A DNA stretch of 21,589 nt from Candidatus Iainarchaeum sp. Its GTDB lineage: Archaea > Iainarchaeota > Iainarchaeia > JAGGVJ01. Shown one piece after another: positions 8,283 through 15,566 of this stretch. Both the position numbers and the translations under genes were made by a program. The stretch lies in the NCBI GenBank assembly GCA_021158055.1, contig JAGGVJ010000044.1, positions 1 to 21,589 of the forward strand. Reading direction: 5' to 3'. Within the stretch, counting starts at the first letter, position 1, and each line of letters begins with the position of its first letter. The notes below the pieces were generated by a model. It had not been told where the DNA came from, did no database searches, and worked only from the letters and a program-made list of their open reading frames with translations.

Positions 8283-9329
8283 TTGCAGGACGACAACCTT
8301 ATTTTATGCAGCAAATACCCGTTTTCGAGGTCAGCAGCAAGTTTTGTTTCAAAAAGCGATGTTTCCCTGGAAAGCGTGGGAGACGAAACCGTTCAGATGG
8401 CGGTTTCCCGTGCTCTCCAGGCAATAAACAACGGGCAGGTTGAGCATCTGCACACTCATGACAGCGCCGTGTTAAAGCTTCAGGTGTATGCTTATCCCCT
8501 TGCAAAAATACTTGTTTCACTCATAGGCAACCCTTTGATAACAAAAAAGTACATTGAAGGGGAAGTGAAAGGGTTTATCAAAAGCATTGAGCTTGAACCG
8601 AAAGGGCTTGATTTTTCAATTCAGTTTGCAAGAGACGAGTTTCAGCTTGATGCGGATTATGCGCATCTCAAGCGCTACGATTGCTCTGTTCTGTTAATTG
8701 ATTACCTGAAGTGTGGTTTCAACGAGCGCGACATGAATTTCGTGAACATGCCTGTTCGCGACGGTCTCGTGTTTTTGTCAGCCCACCAGTTAAACATTGT
8801 GCTTGCTTCAATGCTTGCTTCAATGCTTTCAAAAACAATTTCCCGCATACCTGCTGAAATGAAAAACCCTTCGGAAAAGTTTTTTGTGGCGGCAAGGGAT
8901 TTGAGGGAAAAGATAAAACTGAAGGTTTCAAAAAAACTGTCTTCAGATGCATTCAGGGGCGAGTGTGCGGTTATTGAACAGGTTCTTTCCGAAGGGGTGC
9001 CTGACGGGAGAAAGCGGCTGCTTTGGAAGGTGCTGCCTCATTATCTGAGACTGAAAAGCATCAGTATGGATGAAGCAAAGGAGCTCCTTTCAAAATGGCT
9101 TGACTTGTGCGATGAAATTGAAAAGTTTGACGGGAACAAGTCGTGGTATGTGAATTATTACACGGAAAACGCTTTTGACAGGCACATCCAGCCGCTTGGG
9201 TGTGAAAAGCTTTTCGCGGAGTTTGCGTTTGTTTCGGCGTGGAAGGATCTGTGCAGTGGCTGCAAAAGAAATAAGATAACAAGGGATAATAGAAGCAAAA
9301 GAACAAGGCCTTCAAAGAAAAAAGATTGA
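8283..9329 (+). CDS. priL: DNA primase large subunit, with a PriX-like C-terminal domain
   Basis: N-terminal KYPF, YPLAKILVS and VNMPVRDGLVFL are typical of the PriL N-domain. Lies directly upstream of priS. TTG start with GGTGAG RBS. Confidence 0.85.
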   Translation: MQDDNLILCSKYPFSRSAASFVSKSDVSLESVGDETVQMAVSRALQAINNGQVEHLHTHDSAVLKLQVYAYPLAKILVSLIGNPLITKKYIEGEVKGFIKSIELEPKGLDFSIQFARDEFQLDADYAHLKRYDCSVLLIDYLKCGFNERDMNFVNMPVRDGLVFLSAHQLNIVLASMLASMLSKTISRIPAEMKNPSEKFFVAARDLREKIKLKVSKKLSSDAFRGECAVIEQVLSEGVPDGRKRLLWKVLPHYLRLKSISMDEAKELLSKWLDLCDEIEKFDGNKSWYVNYYTENAFDRHIQPLGCEKLFAEFAFVSAWKDLCSGCKRNKITRDNRSKRTRPSKKKD

Positions 9330-9349
9330 TTTTTTGAATATGTGATGGA

Positions 9350-10522
9350 ATGGATTTGAAAAACAGCGTGACAAAAAGTGTGTCTGCCGAATTGTTCATA
9401 AAGGAAAAGTTCAGGCAGTATTACTCAAAAAGGATTTCTTTCCCGTTTTTTGTTGACAAACGCGAGTTCGGGGTTTCGTTTGACCTTAAAAAGAAGATTG
9501 CCATGCGCCACCTTGCCTTTTCCACTGAGAACGCCCTTAATTCGTTTCTTGTGTCGGAAGTTCCGTTTTTTATTTCTTATTCCCTTGCGTATTACGAGAT
9601 TCCGGATGCAAGGCCCATGGAAGCGAAAAACTGGCTGGGGGCGGACCTTGCTTTTGATCTGGACGCGCAGGACATTGTGCCGAGAAAATGCAAAGAGGAC
9701 CATTCGGACGCGTGGGTTTGCGAAAAGTGCCTCGGCGCAATAAAAGACGAGACAGTGAAACTCGTGGAAAATTTTTTGGTTCCGGATTTCGGGTTTGACA
9801 AGAACAAGCTGCAGATTGTCTTCAGCGGCCACAAGGGTTACCACGTGCATTTTCGGGAAAACGAGATTCATTCTCTTGACCAGCGCGCAAGAGTAAAACT
9901 CATTGATTATGTTACGGGAAGAAATATTGATGAAAAAGGCCTCGGATTTTTCAAAGAAAAAGACATATTTGTTTCGTTTCCGCGCCCCGGTGATTTTGGC
10001 TGGAGAGGGAAAGTGGCGTCCAAGGTACTGGAAGTTATTGAAAAAGCCACCACTGTTGATGATTTGCTTTTGATTGATGGTGTCGGGGAGAAAACAGCAA
10101 GAATGATTTTAAGCAACAAAGAACAAATGATTAAGGGAGTAAACAAAGGCAATTGGAACCAGCTGCCCGGGATGGGCGGGGCAAAATGGCTTAATATCGC
10201 AAGGTCGCTTGGGGTAAAGCTCAGCTCAGAGGTTGACGCACAGGTTACGTCAGACACGAAAAAACTCTTGAGGCTTCCTGAAAGCCTTCACGGCGGTTCC
10301 GGTTTTAAAGCTGTTACTGTGAAAAACCTTGATTCTTTCGACCCGTTGAATGAAGCGGTTGTGTTTGGGAATGAACCTATAAAGGTTCATGTGACCGAAT
10401 CGCCTGGAATGTGCATTAAGGAGCAGACTTTCGGGCCGTTTAAGGATGAGTGGGTTGAGTTGCCTGAATTTGCCGCGGTTTATTTTGCTTGCAGGGGGGT
10501 AGTTGATGGATTTAAACTTTGA
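9350..10522 (+). CDS. priS: DNA primase catalytic (small) subunit
   Basis: KREFG, RHLAF, catalytic DLAFDLD, Zn-knuckle (C..H..CEKC), FSGHKGYHVH, VDAQVTSDTKKLLRLPESLHG, and a C-terminal GINS-B-like domain (TFGPF...VELPEFAAVYF). Confidence 0.97.
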   Translation: MDLKNSVTKSVSAELFIKEKFRQYYSKRISFPFFVDKREFGVSFDLKKKIAMRHLAFSTENALNSFLVSEVPFFISYSLAYYEIPDARPMEAKNWLGADLAFDLDAQDIVPRKCKEDHSDAWVCEKCLGAIKDETVKLVENFLVPDFGFDKNKLQIVFSGHKGYHVHFRENEIHSLDQRARVKLIDYVTGRNIDEKGLGFFKEKDIFVSFPRPGDFGWRGKVASKVLEVIEKATTVDDLLLIDGVGEKTARMILSNKEQMIKGVNKGNWNQLPGMGGAKWLNIARSLGVKLSSEVDAQVTSDTKKLLRLPESLHGGSGFKAVTVKNLDSFDPLNEAVVFGNEPIKVHVTESPGMCIKEQTFGPFKDEWVELPEFAAVYFACRGVVDGFKL

Positions 10523-11237
10523 GGAAATAAGGCGCATACAGCGTCTTGAAAAAAACACGCCCAGGCTTGTGGAAATAGATCCGGAGTTTTACGCTCATTT
10601 GTCAGGCTATCTTAAAAAAAAGAAAGATGACTACGTCCATTCGCTTAAGAGTTCTTCGGCAATTTCCCTTGAAGACGCGCGCGATTTTGAAAACATGAAC
10701 CGCCTTGTAAACGATATTTACGAGCGCCGCGAGAAAAAGGTTATTCTCCGGGCAATCAGGGCTTCGCGAACAGGCGAAGTTGACAACTCGCATATGACTG
10801 TTTTTGAGGAAAAAATGTTTAAGGATGTTGTTTCTGTCCTTGAAAAATACAAAAAAGTAATAAACGACATTTTTGACGGCAACGGTTCTTCGTCTTCGCT
10901 TGCGAAAAAAGCAGGCAAATCCATGAAAAGCAGGGGAAAAGCACTGAGTAAAGGCAATGAAGCAGGTGAAGACAAGAAGTCGGGAAATGATAAAACAGGT
11001 GTTGTCGAAGATGTTGCTGAAGACGCAAAAACAGAGCGGCAGGAAAACGATTTGAGTGCAGGTGATCCTGATAAGGAAGGTTTAAATATTGTTAGCGTGA
11101 GAATTATTAAGGACATGCCTGGTTTTATTGGCCCTGATAAGGTAAGCTACGGCCCTTTTGAAGTTGACCAGTATGTTGAACTTCCAAAACACATTGTGGA
11201 CTTGTTAGTCAAGCGAAATGTTGCAGAAATTGATTGA
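10506..11237 (+). CDS. gins51: DNA replication factor GINS, Gins51 (Gins15) subunit
   Basis: A-domain (EK...LVEIDPEFY, IYERREKKV) followed by B-domain (VRIIKDMPGFIGPD..SYGPF...VELP). Canonical position between priS and rpl44e. ATG at 10506 overlaps the priS end. Confidence 0.88.
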   Translation: MDLNFEEIRRIQRLEKNTPRLVEIDPEFYAHLSGYLKKKKDDYVHSLKSSSAISLEDARDFENMNRLVNDIYERREKKVILRAIRASRTGEVDNSHMTVFEEKMFKDVVSVLEKYKKVINDIFDGNGSSSSLAKKAGKSMKSRGKALSKGNEAGEDKKSGNDKTGVVEDVAEDAKTERQENDLSAGDPDKEGLNIVSVRIIKDMPGFIGPDKVSYGPFEVDQYVELPKHIVDLLVKRNVAEID

Positions 11238-11424
11238 AGTTTCTGTTTTGGCATATGTTGCCTGACAGCGCCGGCAGATGATTTGATTGCCTGTGTTTTG
11301 TTTTTCTATGTGTTGGGAAGTGTCATTTATGTCTTTTAACGTTTCATGTGATTTTTATGGATTGCATGTTTTATGAATTGTATGATATGCACAATAGTCA
11401 CTTTGTGCGCAAGGAGGAGTTTTA

Positions 11425-11727
11425 ATGAAGTTTCCTGCTGAACAGAACAAGTATTGTCCTTACTGTAATACGCAAACCAAGCAAACCATTAAACTTGGCG
11501 GTGGAAAGGTTTCAAAAGCATCCACTAAAATGAGGTTTGGAGTCAGGAAAAGGGCCAGGAAAGAAAAAGGTTACGGTGCCATTAACGTCAGGGGAAAAGC
11601 AGCCAACACAAAAAAACTTGCAAGGGGCTATCAGCTTAAGCTGACTTGTTCGGTGTGCAAGAAAAGCCACATGATAAAACTGGCGCAGGGAAAAAGGCTC
11701 AAGAAAAAACCCGAACTTATTAAATAA
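11425..11727 (+). CDS. rpl44e: 50S ribosomal protein L44e (eL42)
   Basis: MKFP...YCPYC, KGYG, KK..LKLTCSVCKK zinc ribbon, strongly basic. AAGGAGG RBS. Confidence 0.93.
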   Translation: MKFPAEQNKYCPYCNTQTKQTIKLGGGKVSKASTKMRFGVRKRARKEKGYGAINVRGKAANTKKLARGYQLKLTCSVCKKSHMIKLAQGKRLKKKPELIK

Positions 11728-11827
11728 GTTTATGGCTTTGTCTTGATCTTTGGGGTCTTGTCTTAAAGTTTTGCCCTGATGTTTTGACGTTTCATTTGAG
11801 GTTTGCGGATTTTTTGAAGGTGATTTA

Positions 11828-12010
11828 ATGAATGTTTCAATGCCAAAAAGCAGGTTTTTGAAAGTAAAATGCTTTGACTGTTCCAAAGAACAGGTAATTT
11901 TCGGATGCGCAAGCACCGGTGTGAAATGTGTTGTTTGCGGAAAAGAAATAGTGTCTCCAAAAGGAGGCAAGGCAAACATCAAAACCAGAATCATAAACGT
12001 TTTGGATTGA
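11828..12010 (+). CDS. rps27e: 30S ribosomal protein S27e
   Basis: PKSRFLKVKCFDC...QVIF...VKCVVCG...PKGGKA. AAGGTGA RBS. Confidence 0.96.
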   Translation: MNVSMPKSRFLKVKCFDCSKEQVIFGCASTGVKCVVCGKEIVSPKGGKANIKTRIINVLD

Positions 12011-12038
12011 TTGCCGGCAGTTAGTGGTCAGAATCAGT

Positions 12039-12082
12039 TTGAAAGTTTAAAATTTGTTTGTTGAAAGTTTAAGGTTTGTTTG
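12039..12082 (+). repeat. Tandem 22-bp duplication containing a BRE-TATA-like element upstream of aIF2alpha
   Basis: TTGAAAGTTTAAAATTTGTTTG followed immediately by TTGAAAGTTTAAGGTTTGTTTG (20/22 identical). Confidence 0.75.
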
Positions 12083-12112
12083 ACGGTTTCGAAATAGTAT
12101 TGAGGTGAGTTT

Positions 12113-12898
12113 TTGAGTGGATTTCCTGTTGAAGGCGAATTAGTCATTGTAAATGTTACGAAAGTAAAACCTTACGGTGCGTTCGCAATTCTTTCTGAAT
12201 ATGATGGCAAGGAAGGATTTGTCCACATTTCAGAGGTTTCCACTTCTTGGGTAAAAAACATCCGCAACTTTGTCAAGCCGGGAACCACGAGAGTCGCGAA
12301 AGTGATCGGGGTTGATGTCAGCAAAGGCCAGATTGACTTGTCGCTCAAGCGCGTTTCTGAAGGCGACGTCAGGAAAAAAATGGACAGTCATCGCCGGGCA
12401 ATCCGCTCGAAAGGACTTTTTGAGTTCATGGTTAAAAACTCAAACAAGGACTTGTCGGAAATTCAGGAAAAAGTAAAAAAGCCCCTTGACACGGAATTCG
12501 GGGACTTGTATTCTGCTTTTGAGTATTCTGCGTTGAACGGTGCGGATTCGCTTTCGGATTTGGTCGGGAGTGAATGGAGTAAGATCATATTTGACACGGC
12601 TGAAAAAAGCATTACCATCTCAAAAGTTTCAATCGGCGGAAACCTGATTTTAACAAGTGATGCAAGCGACGGGGTGGAAAGGATTAAAAAAGCCATTTCA
12701 GCTGTTGACGGGGTGGATTTCGGGGAGGACATTTCAGTTGAACTCACTTACATTTCCGCGCCAAAATATAAGATTGACGTTGTTGCTTTGGATTACAAGA
12801 CCGCTGAAAAAGCCCTTAAGCAGGCAACTGACCTGGTCATGAACAGGATGGTCGAGCTTAAAGGCGCGGCGTCTTTTGAAAGGCGTGAAAAGGAATGA
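12113..12898 (+). CDS. eif2a: Translation initiation factor 2 subunit alpha (aIF2alpha)
   Basis: S1 domain FPVEGELV, EGFVHISEV, WVKNIR, IDLSLKRV. C-terminal YISAPKY and DYKTAEK. TTG start with GAGGTGA RBS. Confidence 0.97.
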   Translation: MSGFPVEGELVIVNVTKVKPYGAFAILSEYDGKEGFVHISEVSTSWVKNIRNFVKPGTTRVAKVIGVDVSKGQIDLSLKRVSEGDVRKKMDSHRRAIRSKGLFEFMVKNSNKDLSEIQEKVKKPLDTEFGDLYSAFEYSALNGADSLSDLVGSEWSKIIFDTAEKSITISKVSIGGNLILTSDASDGVERIKKAISAVDGVDFGEDISVELTYISAPKYKIDVVALDYKTAEKALKQATDLVMNRMVELKGAASFERREKE

Positions 12899-13062
12899 AA
12901 TACTTGCTTAGGGTGTGCGGCGACTGCGCAAGGTATTCGCTTTCCCGCGAGTGCCCGGAATGCGGGAAAAAAACCGGTTACGCTCACAGCGCACCTTTTT
13001 CTCTTGAGGACCGTTACGGTGCCTGCAGAAGAAAACTGAAGCAGGAACAGGGTTTAATTTAG
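12895..13062 (+). CDS. nop10: H/ACA RNP protein Nop10 (55 aa, below the ORF-track cutoff)
   Basis: Hand translation MKYLLRVCGDCARYSLSRECPECGKKTGYAHSAPFSLEDRYGACRRKLKQEQGLI. Has a CxxC-CxxC zinc ribbon and the FSxEDxYGxxRR motif. ATGA overlap with the aIF2alpha stop; canonical synteny. Confidence 0.95.
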   Translation: MKYLLRVCGDCARYSLSRECPECGKKTGYAHSAPFSLEDRYGACRRKLKQEQGLI

Positions 13063-13079
13063 CTGTTTTGCGTGATTAA

Positions 13080-13865
13080 ATGAAATCAAACGTTGTGTGG
13101 AAAGAAAAGCCAAAGCTGAAAAACGCTTCGCTTATTTGCGGCCTTCCCGGAATCGGTCTTGTCGGGCAGATTGCCGCAAACTATCTGGTGGACAAGCTTT
13201 CAATGACGAAAGCAGCAGACCTTTATTCGCCTCATTTTTACCCGCAGGTAATAACTGATTTAAGCGGAAAGATAAAAATGATCCGCGACGAGTTTTATTG
13301 CTGGAAAAACCCTTCCGGAGACGATTTGATCGTGTTGAGGGGAGACATGCAGCCGTTCATAAACCCGCAGATCCAGGTTAATTTCCCTCACTTTCAGGTA
13401 AACAACGATATTCTTGACGCCGCATTGGAAATGAACGCAAAAAAAGTGATTACTCTGGCAGGCCTTGGAATAAGCGAAGCTGATTCCAGGTCAAAGGTCC
13501 TGGTTGCCGGAAACGACAGTGAACTGATAAAAAAAGCAGTTGATTTGGGCGCCAGCATCACCCCTACGGGATTGCCGATAATTGGCGGCGCAGGGTTGCT
13601 TTTGGGTCTTGCAGAAATCCGAAGCGTTCCCGCGGTTTGCCTGATGGGAAAAACCAATGCCAAAGTACAGGGCCCTGATGTGGAAGCTGCGAAATCAGTT
13701 GTGGAGTTTGTTTCAAAGCTTGCGGGGTTTGAAATTGACATGAGTGAAATAGAGGAAAACGCAAAGAAATCCACAAAGATTTTCAAAGACGTTCTTGAAA
13801 AAGTTCAGGAACAGGAAAAAGCCATGAAAAGGTCGCGTGAAGTTGACACCGCTTATATCCGTTGA
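13080..13865 (+). CDS. PAC2-family proteasome assembly chaperone-like protein
   Basis: GLPGIGLVG, YL...YSPHF.PQV, GD.QP, IIGGAGLLLG, CLMGKT, PD..AAK, C-terminal YIR. Usual position after nop10. Confidence 0.92.
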   Translation: MKSNVVWKEKPKLKNASLICGLPGIGLVGQIAANYLVDKLSMTKAADLYSPHFYPQVITDLSGKIKMIRDEFYCWKNPSGDDLIVLRGDMQPFINPQIQVNFPHFQVNNDILDAALEMNAKKVITLAGLGISEADSRSKVLVAGNDSELIKKAVDLGASITPTGLPIIGGAGLLLGLAEIRSVPAVCLMGKTNAKVQGPDVEAAKSVVEFVSKLAGFEIDMSEIEENAKKSTKIFKDVLEKVQEQEKAMKRSREVDTAYIR

Positions 13866-13866
13866 A

Positions 13867-13925
13867 GCGCACACTGTAAACTATGCGCCCGCGGTTTTTT
13901 TGGTTTTTTAATTTTGTTTGCTTTT
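13867..13925 (+). terminator. Probable oligo-T terminator of the replication/translation cluster
   Basis: GCGCA...TGCGC short stem (13867-13888) followed by several T tracts directly after the PAC2 stop. Confidence 0.5.
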
Positions 13926-13935
13926 TGCCGGGTTC

Positions 13936-13981
13936 AAAACAAAACTTTATATAGTACAATAATTATATAAAATTGTACTAT
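13936..13981 (+). promoter_or_regulatory. BRE/TATA promoter for a leaderless transcript, overlapped by a 10-bp inverted repeat
   Basis: AAAACTTTATATAG about 30 nt upstream of ATG 13980; no RBS. ATAGTACAAT (13951-13960) and ATTGTACTAT (13972-13981) are perfect reverse complements. Confidence 0.65.
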
Positions 13982-15284
13982 GAAAGAAATTATAAAAACA
14001 CTGCTGATTGAATGGAAAGAAAGAAAATTGCCTTTTATTTTTGACAGGGACATCGATCTTGATAAATACACTGAGTCAAGGCCAAATAAGATAATAGCTG
14101 TTTCAGGATTCAGAAGAACCGGCAAGACTTATTCTATGATGCATGTCATCAGGGAACTGTTAAAAGAGAACACTAAAGAAAATGTTGTTTACCTTAATTT
14201 TGAAGATGAAAGGATTCCGGAGAAGACGGAGTTTTTAACAATGTTGATTCCGACAATAAATGAATTATTTAAAGGCGAGTTAAAATTTTTGTTTTTAGAT
14301 GAAATTCAGAACATTCCAAATTGGAGTAAATGGCTGAGGAGAGTTTATGATGCGGAGAATATAAGATTTTTTGTGTCCGGCTCTTCTTCAAAAATGTCAA
14401 GCAAAGAGATTCCCACTGAATTGAGAGGCAGGTTTTTGGAAGTAAAAATGTTCCCTCTTTCGTTTAAAGAATTTTTAAGGTTTAAAGGACTTGAATTTGA
14501 CTTAAAAACAATAGGTTATTCGGATAAGCAAAAATCAGAATTGCTGAAATATTTAAATGAGTTTCATGAATACGGCTCTTTGCCTGAGATTGTGCTGGCG
14601 GAAGAGGGCAGGAAAGCAGATATCGCTAATTCATATTATCAAACCGTTGTTCGGCGGGACATTATAGAACGGCATAATATCAAGAACGAGGAGGCATTAA
14701 AGGCCTTGTTAAGGCTTTTGCTTAACTCTACTAAGTATTCCGTAAGTAAAATGTACAATAACCTAAAAGCATTGCATCATAAAGTGGGAAAATCGACTTT
14801 GCAAAAGTATCTTGGTTATGTGGAGAATTCGTTTTTTATGTTCAGTGTTCCGATCTTTTCATATAAAATCAAAGATCAGATGCAGTATGCCAGAAAAAAT
14901 TATTTTGTTGATGTTGTTTTTATAAGCAAGCTTTCAAATAAATTCACTAAAGATTTTGGAAGGCTGTACGAGAATTCAACCGCGATTGAGTTAAAGAGAA
15001 GGAATAAAGAATTTTATTATTGGGAAAATTCAAAGAAACAAGAAGTTGATTTTGTAATTGTTGAAGACGCTAAAGCCAGTCAGCTAATTCAGGTCTGCTT
15101 CAACATTGCTGATTTGGAGACAAGGAAAAGGGAAATCAGGTCTTTAATCCAGGCAAGCAGGGAATTAAAATGCAAAAACTTGGCAGTGATTACAGAAGAT
15201 TGTGAAGATGAAACTGAAGAGGAATGGTTTGGCACAAAAAGAAAGATAAAATTTATTCCATTGTGGAAATGGCTGCTTGAATAA
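13980..15284 (+). CDS. AAA+ ATPase (AAA_14) with HTH-like region and C-terminal DUF4143 nuclease-like domain
   Basis: Walker A GFRRTGKT, YLNFEDER, Walker B LFLDEIQ, SGSSS, LRGR, GSLPE. DUF4143-type KNYFVD, GRLYEN, YYW...EVDF...IQV. Visibly AT-richer than neighbours. Confidence 0.9.
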   Translation: MKEIIKTLLIEWKERKLPFIFDRDIDLDKYTESRPNKIIAVSGFRRTGKTYSMMHVIRELLKENTKENVVYLNFEDERIPEKTEFLTMLIPTINELFKGELKFLFLDEIQNIPNWSKWLRRVYDAENIRFFVSGSSSKMSSKEIPTELRGRFLEVKMFPLSFKEFLRFKGLEFDLKTIGYSDKQKSELLKYLNEFHEYGSLPEIVLAEEGRKADIANSYYQTVVRRDIIERHNIKNEEALKALLRLLLNSTKYSVSKMYNNLKALHHKVGKSTLQKYLGYVENSFFMFSVPIFSYKIKDQMQYARKNYFVDVVFISKLSNKFTKDFGRLYENSTAIELKRRNKEFYYWENSKKQEVDFVIVEDAKASQLIQVCFNIADLETRKREIRSLIQASRELKCKNLAVITEDCEDETEEEWFGTKRKIKFIPLWKWLLE

Positions 15285-15566
15285 AGTGAGATTGATTGAA
15301 CCTGTAAATAATTTCAGTGATGAAACGATGAAACACCAAACACCGCTTTTATCTGCAAATTACTGAAAGTGTTCGCGTTATTTTTGGGGTTAGAAAATGA
15401 ACAAAGATTATCTGAAAAAGCGAAAAAAGTTAGGACACGACATTAGCTGTTTTAGGGCCGTCAATTTCAAGTCAGCTTAAATTGCCTTAAACAGTTTGCG
15501 TTTTTGTCTTGCGGCGCCTGCCTGAAAACGCAAATTATTAATTGTTTGCGGATTAAAGATGATATT

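Noticed and set aside
11512-11994. 160-aa minus-strand ORF
   Set aside because: Antisense to rpl44e and rps27e, with no recognisable protein features.
15285-15480. Short ORFs or a gene remnant after the ATPase
   Set aside because: Only short frames with no recognisable motif; not supportable without a search.
15504-15566. Cys-rich N-terminal extension of agmatinase from the TTG start
   Set aside because: No RBS, the stretch contains a TATA-like element, and homology begins after ATG 15567.
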